A stretch of 48,845 nucleotides of DNA, from assembly GCA_027340875.1 (NCBI GenBank), contig DAIENX010000055.1, positions 1 to 48,845 of the forward strand. The letters are read 5' to 3'. The DNA is from Elusimicrobiota bacterium. GTDB lineage: Bacteria > Elusimicrobiota > Elusimicrobia > Elusimicrobiales > UBA9959. Position numbers and translations under genes: made by a program. The notes under the pieces were generated by a model, which did no database searches, was not told the DNA's origin, and saw nothing but the letters and a program-made list of their open reading frames with translations. Shown here one piece after another: positions 38,470-47,134 of the stretch (position 1 is the stretch's first letter; every line of letters starts with the position of its first letter).

Positions 38470-39789
38470 ATGAAGCTATTCCATAAGTTCAGCGCCGCGC
38501 TTATGGCCGCCGCGTTCGCGGCGGCCGCGCTGCTGTCGGTCATCTTCTTCAGCTTCCAGAACCGCACGGTGCAGGCCGCGCAGCGCGCGCGCCTGGCCGC
38601 TCTGGAGCAGTCCGTCTCGGCGATGCTCGGCGAGGCCGAGCTGGCCGGCGATCCCCTGATGGCCGTGGACTATCTCTCCGGGCTGTGCTCGTCGCGGCCG
38701 GAGGTGCAGTACTGCCAGCTGGACATCGGCAGGGGCCTGCGCCCTGTCCGCACCACGCGCAAGCCGGCGCCCTCCGGAGAAGGTCCTCCCGTGATAAGGG
38801 ACGTGGCCGGCCGCAGGTACTCCGCCAGGCTGGCTTTCTCTTCCGGAGAGCTGCTGCGCGAGCGCCGGGAGGCGCTGGCCGGCGTATGGCACGACCTGGC
38901 GGCCGCCTTCCTGGCCGCGATGGCCGCCGCCGCCCTCCTCGGGCTGCTGCTGGCCCGCCGGATGACCCGCCGCCTAAAGCGGCTGGCCGCAGAGGCCGCG
39001 GCGGTGGGTGACGGGCGCTTCGGCGCCAAGACGGACGCGTCCGGCTCCGACGAAGTGGCCGAACTGGCCGGCGCCCTCAATGCCATGTCGGACCGCCTGC
39101 TGGAACTCGAGACCATGAAGAAGAATTTCACGGCCTCCGTGACCCACGAGCTGCGCTCGCCGCTGGGGGTCATAGAGACCTACGCAGCCATGCTGCTGGG
39201 CGAGTCCGAACGCTTCCGTCCGGAGGATACAGAGATCTTCAGGCGCGTGAAGGAGAACGCCGGCAGGCTGGCCAACTTCGTCACGGCCATGCTGGACCTG
39301 GCCCGTATAGAGAGGGGCAAGATGGAGCTCCGTCCCTCTAAGGAGGACGCTCTTTCCCTGGCCCGCGACGCGGCCGAGTTCTTCTCGCCCAAGGCCGCTG
39401 AGAAAGGTGTCGCGCTCCGGGTGGAGACCGAGGGCGGGGGACAGGCCCTGCTGGACCGGGAGCTGATGACGCACGCGCTGACCAACCTGCTCTCCAACGC
39501 GATAAAATTCACTCCGGCCGGAGGGGAGGTGGTGCTCAAGGCCTCCCTGGGGGGAGGGCGCTTCCGCGCAGAGGTGCGCGACACAGGACCGGGGCTTAAG
39601 GAAGGCGAGGCGGAGAGGCTCTTCTCGCCGTTCGCCCAGGGTTCGGCGGCGCCAGGCCACGGCGGCACCGGGCTCGGGCTCGCGATGGTGCGCTCCGTAG
39701 CGGAGCTGCACGGCGGCAAGGCCGGCTGCGGCCCGGCCGGCGGCGGCGGTGCGGTATTCTGGGTGGAGGTCCCGTCCGGGCCCGCGTAA
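38470..39789 (+). CDS. Membrane sensor histidine kinase (2 TM, HAMP, HisKA, HATPase)
   Basis: H-box VTHELRSPL, N-box NLLSNAIKFT, DTGPG, GGTGLGL. Confidence 0.93.
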   Translation: MKLFHKFSAALMAAAFAAAALLSVIFFSFQNRTVQAAQRARLAALEQSVSAMLGEAELAGDPLMAVDYLSGLCSSRPEVQYCQLDIGRGLRPVRTTRKPAPSGEGPPVIRDVAGRRYSARLAFSSGELLRERREALAGVWHDLAAAFLAAMAAAALLGLLLARRMTRRLKRLAAEAAAVGDGRFGAKTDASGSDEVAELAGALNAMSDRLLELETMKKNFTASVTHELRSPLGVIETYAAMLLGESERFRPEDTEIFRRVKENAGRLANFVTAMLDLARIERGKMELRPSKEDALSLARDAAEFFSPKAAEKGVALRVETEGGGQALLDRELMTHALTNLLSNAIKFTPAGGEVVLKASLGGGRFRAEVRDTGPGLKEGEAERLFSPFAQGSAAPGHGGTGLGLAMVRSVAELHGGKAGCGPAGGGGAVFWVEVPSGPA

Positions 39790-39828
39790 TATCTTTGTAA
39801 CCTGGGTTATATAGAATTTATCAAGAAT

Positions 39829-41283
39829 ATGAAAGCCCTAGCCCGTTCCATCGTGATCCTGCTGCTGGCCGCCCCGCTGGCGGCCGCGCCCGCTTCGGAG
39901 GACCCGACCCCTTCCCCGGGAGCTCAGGCGGCCGAGATATCCTCGCGGATGCAGCAGGACGTCTCCCGGCTGCTGGAGGAGCTGGTCGGCCGCGGCCGCG
40001 CCCGCTCCTTCGTCACGGCGGAGGGGGAGATGGTCTACCAGAGCAAGAGCGAGTCCGGCCCTCCGCCCGAGGAGGCCCAGACCCTGCCCGGCTATGCGTC
40101 GGTCAACATACTCGAGAAGACCGGCGAATATATAAAGCAGCAGCGCGAGGAGAGCCAGCACACCGCCGAGTTCAAGGTCAAGAAGCTTTCGGTCTCCCTG
40201 GTGTTCGACCGCAGCGTCCCCGACGAGCGCGTCAACGCGATAAAGCTGATGATAGCCGAGGTGCTGCGGGTCAGCGAGGCCCGCGGCGACAGCATCATCA
40301 CCGCCAAGACCGACATGATGCCGTGGTGGAAGAGCGCCCTGCAGTCCCCGGAGATACGCCCGGTCCTGGTGGCGGCCGCCTTCGGCGCGCTGGCGCTGGC
40401 GGTCCTGCTGGCCTTCGGCTACATACTGGCGTCCAAGCTGCTTACGGGATTCGTGGACTACGCCAGGATGAACGCGCCCTCCGCCCTTCCCGGCGGCGCC
40501 GGCGGCCCCGGCGCGCCCGCGGGGCCCGGCGGCGAGGCCGGCGAGCTGGGCCTGGAAGGGGAGCTGGGAGAGATAATCGACGTGGAGGCCAAGGCCGCGG
40601 GCGGGGGCGGGATGCTGACCGCCGGCTCCGCGTTCGAGTTCATGGAGAAGCTGCCGCCTTCCGAAAGCGCCGACCTGCTGGCGGACCTCTCCGACGAGGA
40701 CGCCGCGATAATCATCGCCAACCTGGCCGACCGCAAGCCGCACGTCTCGTCCAAGATCCTGCTGGCGCTGCCGCCCGCCAAGAAACAGTCCGTCTCCGCG
40801 CAGCTGCTGGCCCTGAAGCAGGCCGAGCCCGACCGCGTCTACGAGATCGAGAACGACCTGCGCCTGAAGCTGGAGAAGAGCCTGAAGGGCGCCGAGAAGC
40901 TCGGACATCTGCTGTCGCTGGTGGACGAGGGATCGCGCAGCGAGATAATGGACAACCTGTCCCGCGCCAACCCCGAGGCTTCCGAGGAGCTGCGCCGCAG
41001 GATGGTCACTTTCGACGATCTCTGCCGCCTGGACGACAAGAACCTGCGCCCGCTGGTGGTCTCGCTGCCTTACGCGGACTGGGCCGCCGCGCTGGCCGGC
41101 GCCGGGGAGACCGCGGTCAACAACGTGACCAGGCTGCTGCCGGAGGACGTCCGGCTGGTGGTGAAGGACCTGCTCGCCGGCCGCACCGAGGAGGACAAGA
41201 TAATAACGGCGAGGGCCAAGATCATAACCGCGGCGATGAACCTGAACGCGAAAGGCCGCATTAGCCTGAAGGAGGGCGCATGA
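39829..41283 (+). CDS. FliF(C-terminal ring domain)-FliG(middle and C-terminal) fusion protein
   Basis: Signal peptide; FliF-C-like LLEELVGRGRARSFVTAE...VKKLSVSLVFD...IAEVL....RGDSI; TM helix; Gly-rich linker; FliG-like AFEFM..IIIANL..ILLALP..EIENDL..EELRRRMVTFDDLCRLDD..AALAGA..KIITAAMNL..GRISL. Confidence 0.75.
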   Translation: MKALARSIVILLLAAPLAAAPASEDPTPSPGAQAAEISSRMQQDVSRLLEELVGRGRARSFVTAEGEMVYQSKSESGPPPEEAQTLPGYASVNILEKTGEYIKQQREESQHTAEFKVKKLSVSLVFDRSVPDERVNAIKLMIAEVLRVSEARGDSIITAKTDMMPWWKSALQSPEIRPVLVAAAFGALALAVLLAFGYILASKLLTGFVDYARMNAPSALPGGAGGPGAPAGPGGEAGELGLEGELGEIIDVEAKAAGGGGMLTAGSAFEFMEKLPPSESADLLADLSDEDAAIIIANLADRKPHVSSKILLALPPAKKQSVSAQLLALKQAEPDRVYEIENDLRLKLEKSLKGAEKLGHLLSLVDEGSRSEIMDNLSRANPEASEELRRRMVTFDDLCRLDDKNLRPLVVSLPYADWAAALAGAGETAVNNVTRLLPEDVRLVVKDLLAGRTEEDKIITARAKIITAAMNLNAKGRISLKEGA

Positions 41284-43265
41284 GCGGCGCCCATGAAGCT
41301 TCCGGCTCCGATCTGGACTATCTCTGGCGGGCCGTCGGAGAGGCGCAGGACGCCTCGGCGCGCTCGGAGAAAGAACGCGCCGAGGCCCGGCGCAGCCTGG
41401 ACGAGGCCGTCTCGCGGGCAGCCAGGCTTGAGAGGCAGCTCGAGGAGACCCGCGCGCGGGAAAAAAGACTGAAGGCCGAGACCGAGAAGTTGAAAGCCTC
41501 CCTGCAGAAGGATTCCGAGGCTCTGACCCTGGCCGCTGGACATGCCCGCGAGGCCTCGGAGCTGCAGGCCTCCCTGCTGCGCCAACAAAGCGCCGCCTCG
41601 ATGAAGGCGGCCGAGTTAGAAGAGCTGCGGGCGAGGGCCATCGACCTGGAAGCGACGGTGACCGAAAGGGACGCCGCGATAGATTCTTTCAAGGCCAGGA
41701 TAGAGGGGATGCTATCCCTGCCGCAGATAAAGCGCGCGGTGGAAGAGGATTCCAGGATATCCGGCAAGGAAGCCTCGGCGTACGAGGCGCTCGCAGAGAA
41801 GGCCGAAAGGAGCCGGCTGGCCGCCGAGAAGGCGGCCGCCGCGCTGCAGGAAGCCGCGGTCAGGGAGAAGGCCTCCGCCGAGGCCCTGGCGGCCTCGGAC
41901 GCGGACCTGGCCTCCGCCAGGGCGGCCCTGACGGCCCGCCAGGCGGAGCTGGCGGCCATGCAGGCCGCGCTGGACGAGGCCCTCGAGCGGGGGAAGCTCT
42001 CCGCCGGCGAGAAGGCATCTCTCGACGGCAAGGCCCTGGCGCTGAGGTCCGCCCTTTCGGAAAAGGAAGAGGCCCTCAAGGCCGCCCTTGCGGAGTCCTC
42101 CTCCCTGCGGGCGAGGCTGGACGAAGCCGCCGTGCAGGCGGAAAGGCTCCGGCAGGCGGCGGCGGAAAGCTCCGCGCGCGCCCAGGAACAGCGCGCCAAT
42201 TTCGATTCCGCGGTAGCCGAGGTGTACGAGCTCCAGAAGCGGTCCGCCGCGCTGCGCGCGGAGCTGGCGGACGCCAAGGAGCGGCTGGACGCCGCCGCGG
42301 CGGCGCTCAAGCAGCGCGAGGCCGACCTGGAGAAGGTCAACGGTCTGCTGCGCGACTCCAAGGGCGGCCTGACGCAGGAGAAGGAGGTCTCCAAGCGCGC
42401 CGCGCTGAAGGTAAAATCCCTCGAGGCGGAGATAGATGAACTAAAAAAGAAGCTGGCCGAGACCGCCGACTACGCTGGAAAGGTGCTGAAGGCAGTCCAG
42501 GAGCGCGACCTGCTCATCGGGGCCACGAAAGCCTCGCTGGCGGCCGAACAGAAGAAGGTCACGGACCTGGAGATAGAGAACGAGGACCTCCGGCGCAAGA
42601 ACATCAAGTTCTCCGGCATGCTGAAGCGGGAGCAGACGGATTTCACCACGCGCATGCTGACCTCGCTGGAGCGGTCGGCGAAGGACCTTAAGACCTTCAA
42701 TCTCCGCATACCCGCGGCGCAGCGGAAGGTGCTGGAGCCGGCGCTGAAGAACCTGCTGGCCTCTGTCAACCTGCTCAAGGGCTGGCAGGAGTACCTCGAC
42801 CCCGAAACCCCCGACATGGAAGACACGGACCTCGCGCCGTTCGTCTCCGGAGAGGTGGCCAAGTGGGAGCGCGCCTTCAAGGTCAGGAAGACCTCCATTT
42901 CAGCCGCCATACTCAACCCGCGGCTGCGCGCCAGGCTTGCCCCGGAGCGCATAAAGATGCTTTTCTACAACCTCATTAAGAACGCCTATGAGCGCCTGCA
43001 GCAGGGCGGCAGCCTGCGCGTCACGCTGAAGGCCTCCGAAGACGGCAGGCAGGTCATCCTCCTCTTCGACGACAGCGGCCCCGGCTTCACGCAGGAGGCG
43101 CTGGATAAGCTTTACGCGCCGTTCAACACCACCGACAAGGGAAAGGCCGGCATAGGGCTGGCCGTGGCCGCCAGGATAGCGGAGAAGCACGGCGGCACGC
43201 TGCAGGTCTCGAACAAGCAGCAGCGCGGAGCCATAGTGGAGGTCAGGCTGCCCCTGGGCGCCTGA
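41280..43265 (+). CDS. Long coiled-coil protein with C-terminal HATPase_c domain, no phospho-acceptor His
   Basis: About 430 aa of Ala/Glu/Lys/Arg heptads; NLIKNA, DDSGPG, PFNTT, GIGLAV, HGG boxes; ATGA overlap with the FliF-FliG gene. Confidence 0.82.
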   Translation: MSGAHEASGSDLDYLWRAVGEAQDASARSEKERAEARRSLDEAVSRAARLERQLEETRAREKRLKAETEKLKASLQKDSEALTLAAGHAREASELQASLLRQQSAASMKAAELEELRARAIDLEATVTERDAAIDSFKARIEGMLSLPQIKRAVEEDSRISGKEASAYEALAEKAERSRLAAEKAAAALQEAAVREKASAEALAASDADLASARAALTARQAELAAMQAALDEALERGKLSAGEKASLDGKALALRSALSEKEEALKAALAESSSLRARLDEAAVQAERLRQAAAESSARAQEQRANFDSAVAEVYELQKRSAALRAELADAKERLDAAAAALKQREADLEKVNGLLRDSKGGLTQEKEVSKRAALKVKSLEAEIDELKKKLAETADYAGKVLKAVQERDLLIGATKASLAAEQKKVTDLEIENEDLRRKNIKFSGMLKREQTDFTTRMLTSLERSAKDLKTFNLRIPAAQRKVLEPALKNLLASVNLLKGWQEYLDPETPDMEDTDLAPFVSGEVAKWERAFKVRKTSISAAILNPRLRARLAPERIKMLFYNLIKNAYERLQQGGSLRVTLKASEDGRQVILLFDDSGPGFTQEALDKLYAPFNTTDKGKAGIGLAVAARIAEKHGGTLQVSNKQQRGAIVEVRLPLGA

Positions 43266-43284
43266 CCCGGAGCGCACCGCGGAG

Positions 43285-43310
43285 AAGGCCGGCGGGAGCC
43301 GGCCTTTTTC
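43285..43310 (+). terminator. Intrinsic terminator
   Basis: AAGGCCGGC-GGGA-GCCGGCCTT-TTTC. Confidence 0.8.
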
Positions 43311-43311
43311 A

Positions 43312-43526
43312 TTTGGTTCCCACGGTTCTGCAGTGCCTGGCGGCAGTAAACCTGTCGGGGTGGAGTACCGCCTGGGGTAGCGCCCTGCAGCCGCATAGCG
43401 GATGGGGGGCCCCGGCCCTTACGGGGCGGGGGGAAACCACGGGAGGGTTTCCTGCGCGGCGGAAGGGCGCTTCCCGGGCGGGACGGACCCCCCGGCGCTT
43501 TTCCACAATCGAGGACACGATCCAAA
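43312..43526 (+). ncRNA. Candidate structured non-coding RNA (unidentified)
   Basis: Ends pair (TTTGGTTCCCACGGTT / AATCGAGGACACGATCCAAA) and enclose several hairpins; intergenic between convergent operons; G-U pairs favour the + strand. Confidence 0.35.
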
Positions 43527-43539
43527 CCCGAAATCGCCT

Positions 43540-44217
43540 TTATTTGAAGGTATAGCCGAGGCCGAAAGCCGTCCTCAGCCTGGAGCCGAAAGGACCCAGC
43601 TTCCGGCGCAGGGCCTCGACGCGCTTGTCCACCGCGCGCGGCCCGGAACCCAGCCCCTCCCGCCAGACCTGCTCCAGCAGCACGTACCTGGAGACCACGC
43701 GACCGCGGTTCCTCAGGAAATACAGGAGCATGTCGAACTCGAGCGCCGTCAGCGGGACCTTCCTGCCGGAAACGACGGCCGTCCTGGCTTCCGGAGAGAT
43801 GCGCAGCGGCCCTATCCTGAACTCTTCAGGCTCGGACTTGGCCGCGCCGCGGCCCCTGCCGCGCTCCAGCAGGTTGAGCAGCCGCGCCCTGAAAAGGGCG
43901 GGGTCGGCAGGGAAGCGGAAATATTCGTCGGCCCCGCTGTCCAGCGAACTCGCGGCCGCCGCCGGGGAATAGGGGCCGGGGCCTGTGAGCACCAGCAGCA
44001 GCGAGGAGGTGCGCGGGCTGCCTCTCAGCACGGCCGCCAGGTCAGGCCCCGACATGTCCGGCAGAGACGCGTCTATAACGGCCAGCCCCTTGGACGGCGG
44101 CGATTTCAGGAAGGCGGAGGCGGAGGGGTAGAACCGGAGCGCGAAGCCCTTGAGGGCAGAGCGCAGGAAGGTCCTGGCGGAAAGGTCCGCGGTGAGGCAG
44201 GCCGCCGACGGTCTCAT
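43540..44217 (-). CDS. OmpR/PhoB-family response regulator with atypical receiver
   Basis: Winged-helix LTALEFDML..GRVVSR..LLEQVW..RAVDKRVEALRRKL..GLGY. The receiver lacks the acidic pair and the conserved Lys. Confidence 0.85.
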   Translation of the reverse strand: MRPSAACLTADLSARTFLRSALKGFALRFYPSASAFLKSPPSKGLAVIDASLPDMSGPDLAAVLRGSPRTSSLLLVLTGPGPYSPAAAASSLDSGADEYFRFPADPALFRARLLNLLERGRGRGAAKSEPEEFRIGPLRISPEARTAVVSGRKVPLTALEFDMLLYFLRNRGRVVSRYVLLEQVWREGLGSGPRAVDKRVEALRRKLGPFGSRLRTAFGLGYTFK

Positions 44218-44591
44218 GCGGAGGAGACCGCGGCCTTTATCCTGCGCAGCAGCTCCGCCGGGTCGAACGGCTTCAGAACATAGCCTGCGGCGCCCAGCTT
44301 AAGGCCCTCCGAGACCATGTCCAGCTCCGAGCGGACCGTAAAGAAGATTATGGGGACTTTTGCCAGCGCGGGGACCTTGCGGATGCGGCGCGCCGCCTCG
44401 AAGCCGCTTATGTCCGGCAAGCCCACGTCCAGCAGTATCAGCGCCGGCGGACGCTCGGCGGCCAGCTCGATGCCGGGGAGAGCGGCGGCCGCGGTGGCGA
44501 CCTCGCAGCCGGCCCTGGCCGCGATGGCGGAAGCGATCCGGAGATAGTCCGGCTCGTCGTCCACCACCAGCACCCTGGGACGCTGCGTCAT
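44214..44591 (-). CDS. Single-domain response regulator (receiver)
   Basis: VLVVDDE, LLDVGLP, IIFFT, YVLKPF. Confidence 0.92.
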   Translation of the reverse strand: MTQRPRVLVVDDEPDYLRIASAIAARAGCEVATAAAALPGIELAAERPPALILLDVGLPDISGFEAARRIRKVPALAKVPIIFFTVRSELDMVSEGLKLGAAGYVLKPFDPAELLRRIKAAVSSA

Positions 44592-44974
44592 TTCTGCGGA
44601 AGGAGAGCGAGGACCTTCTTCTCCAGGAAGGAGAGTTCCACGGTCTTGCTCATGAACTCGCGGCAGTTGGTCTCCTGCCTGAACAGGTCGCTCATGTTCT
44701 TATCGAAGAAGCTGCCGGTGATGACCACGACCGGTATCGAGCGGGTCTCGTCCTCGGTCTGCAGGCCGCGTATCACCTCTATGCCGCCCATGTCCGGCAT
44801 CATCACGTCGCAGAGGATGATGTCGGGGCGGATGGCCTTGGCCTTCAGGAGGCCTTCGCGGCCGTCGCCGGCTATCTCCACGGTGAAACCGAGGTCCGTG
44901 AAATAATCGGATACCATGGTGCGGAACTCGACATTGTCATCAATGATCAGCATCAGGCGCTTTTGTGGTTGCAT
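44588..44974 (-). CDS. Single-domain response regulator (receiver)
   Basis: LIIDDN, LCDVMMP, VVVITG, FMSK. Confidence 0.92.
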   Translation of the reverse strand: MQPQKRLMLIIDDNVEFRTMVSDYFTDLGFTVEIAGDGREGLLKAKAIRPDIILCDVMMPDMGGIEVIRGLQTEDETRSIPVVVITGSFFDKNMSDLFRQETNCREFMSKTVELSFLEKKVLALLPQK

Positions 44975-44981
44975 AGCGGTA

Positions 44982-45010
44982 AGTATATTTCAAATAACCG
45001 GCGTTTTCAA
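44982..45010 (-). promoter_or_regulatory. Internal sigma70 promoter for the three response regulators
   Basis: TTGAAA (45010-45005), 17 nt, TATACT (44987-44982), 7 nt, ATG 44974. Confidence 0.7.
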
Positions 45011-47130
45011 GAGGGAGAGGGGATGGGCGGAGGGGGAGCCGCCATCGATTTGGAAACGGTAAAGATGAACTTGCTGCCCTTGCCGACCTCGGACTCCACC
45101 CAGATGTCGCCCTTGTGCAGCTCCACGGTCATCTTGCACATCGCCAGTCCCAGGCCGAAGCCCTGCGTCTTGTGCTCCTCCATCTGAGAGTACTTCTCGA
45201 AGATCTCCTTCCTCTTGTTCTCCGGGATGCCCGGGCCGGTATCCTGCACCGCGAAATAGACCTTCTGGGCATCCTCCCAGGTCGACAGCGTGATCGTGCC
45301 CCCGGACGGCGTGAACTTAAGCGAATTGCCCATCAGGTTGGTGATAACGCGCTCGATCAGTATCGGGTCCGCGGTGAGCTTCAGCGGCGCGGCCGGCACC
45401 GCGGCCTCCAGCTTGATGTTCTTGGGCCCGGCCACCGGCTCGTGGTTGTCGCGCACGCGGGTTATCAGCGCTCCGGCGTCCACGCTGTCGAGCTGCAACG
45501 TCATCGTGCCGCGCTCGAGCTTGGTGGTGTTCAGGATGTCGTCTATCATGCCGCGCAGCCGGCGCGAGGAGTAGAGCATGCTCTGCAGGTACTTGTCGGT
45601 GGCGGGGGACGGGCCGATCTTTTTCATCAGCAGCTCGGTGTAGCCCTGCAGCGTGGAGAGGGGGGCGCGCATGTCGTGCGTGATCATGTGGAAGAAATCT
45701 TCCTTGGCCTTCTCTATCTCCTTCTCGCTCGTGATGTCGCGTATGATGATGACGCGGCCGGGACGCTTGAGCGTCGCGAGCAGGAACTGGTTGGAGATCA
45801 CGCGGAAGCTCTTCGTGACCGTGCTGGTCTCGTTCGAGATCGGCGCGTCCACCTCGGCCTTGAGGTATTTCTCCTTCTGCGCGAGCAGGTCCGTCAGCGC
45901 GGTGAAGAAAGCCTCGTTCTTTACCGAGCGCGGCACCGCCACCTCCGGGGAGATCTTCGGGATGCCCAGCAGTTTCAGGGCGGTGTTGTTGCAATAGATC
46001 AGCGAGCCGCGGTCGTCTATCAGCAGCACGCCGTCGGAGATGGTGTCTATCAGCGCCTGGGCCTTGCCCTTCTCCTCCACGATCTGGTTCAGCTGGAAGG
46101 CGCGGTAGGCCTGCAGCTCCAGCATCAGCCGGTTAAGGATGCCGACCAGGGACTTGATCTCGGGCCACCCCTCCTGCGGTATGACGTTGTCCAGGTGCTG
46201 GGTCTTCAGGAAGCCCTTAACGCCGTGGGCCATGTTATTGACCGGCTTGATGATGCGGTTGGAGACCAGGAAGACCACGAACAGGGCCGTGACGAAGATG
46301 ACCACGGACATCACGCCGAAGACCAGAATGGACTTGCGCTGCTTGCCGTACAGCTCTTCCTCGGACTGCACGGAGACCGCTGCCCAGTCCAGCTTCTCGA
46401 TGGCGGCGTAAGCCCCGGAGTAGTCCTCCCCGGAGAGCTTGAAGCGCGCGAAGGTGCCGGTGCGGCCGCCTGAACGGAAGACCTTCAGCATGTCCTCGGG
46501 CTTGTAGGAGAGGCCGCTCATGTCCTGGCAGGGCAGCGGCACGCCCTGCTTGTCCGCAACGAAGACGCGGCCGGTCCTGCCGCTCTTCTGCGAATTTATC
46601 TTGCCCAGCAGCTTGTCCATCGAGAAATGGAAGACCACCACCCGGCCGTCTATCAGCGGGTAGGCGAGGGGGAAATAGGCCTGGCCCTTCACGCATATGG
46701 GATCGCCGGGGGAGGCTACGCCGCTGTCGGCCGCCTTGGCTATCAGCGGCTTCTCCAGCGCGGCCAGCGAGCTCTTCTCCTTCACCTTCTCGCTCTGCAG
46801 GAAGAAGGTCTCGGTGCCGTCGGGCGCCATCAGGGAGAGGGACATTATCTCGGAATTTATGCGGGCCGCCTGCCGGATGACCTGGTTCTCGTCGAGGCCG
46901 GCCTTCTTGCGCAGCGGGTTCTCCAACTCGTAGAGGAAGGCGAGGTTGCGGTTCGTGTTGCCCAGCCACTCCTCGATATTGGCGGCGGTCAGGCGGGAAA
47001 GGGCCTTGTGCAGGTCGAAGTAGCTGGCGACGGAGGAGTTGTACTGGTAGACGTTCCAGGACACGGCGAGGAGCAGCGGGACCACGGCAAGGCCCAGCAG
47101 GATCAGCAGGAATCGTGTCGTCAGTTTCAT
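45007..47130 (-). CDS. Sensor histidine kinase (Cache-like periplasmic domain, HAMP, PAS, HisKA, HATPase)
   Basis: Two TMs; PAS-like IDTISDGVLLIDDRG..CNNTA..IIRDIT; ITHDMRAPL, NLMGNSLKFT, DTGPGI, GFGLGL. Confidence 0.93.
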   Translation of the reverse strand: MKLTTRFLLILLGLAVVPLLLAVSWNVYQYNSSVASYFDLHKALSRLTAANIEEWLGNTNRNLAFLYELENPLRKKAGLDENQVIRQAARINSEIMSLSLMAPDGTETFFLQSEKVKEKSSLAALEKPLIAKAADSGVASPGDPICVKGQAYFPLAYPLIDGRVVVFHFSMDKLLGKINSQKSGRTGRVFVADKQGVPLPCQDMSGLSYKPEDMLKVFRSGGRTGTFARFKLSGEDYSGAYAAIEKLDWAAVSVQSEEELYGKQRKSILVFGVMSVVIFVTALFVVFLVSNRIIKPVNNMAHGVKGFLKTQHLDNVIPQEGWPEIKSLVGILNRLMLELQAYRAFQLNQIVEEKGKAQALIDTISDGVLLIDDRGSLIYCNNTALKLLGIPKISPEVAVPRSVKNEAFFTALTDLLAQKEKYLKAEVDAPISNETSTVTKSFRVISNQFLLATLKRPGRVIIIRDITSEKEIEKAKEDFFHMITHDMRAPLSTLQGYTELLMKKIGPSPATDKYLQSMLYSSRRLRGMIDDILNTTKLERGTMTLQLDSVDAGALITRVRDNHEPVAGPKNIKLEAAVPAAPLKLTADPILIERVITNLMGNSLKFTPSGGTITLSTWEDAQKVYFAVQDTGPGIPENKRKEIFEKYSQMEEHKTQGFGLGLAMCKMTVELHKGDIWVESEVGKGSKFIFTVSKSMAAPPPPIPSPS

Positions 47131-47134
47131 CTGG

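Noticed and set aside
43309..43555. Small ORFs (69-80 aa) in the convergent intergenic gap
   Set aside because: Non-ATG or SD-less starts and low-complexity Arg/Gly/Pro translations; RNA structure is the better explanation.
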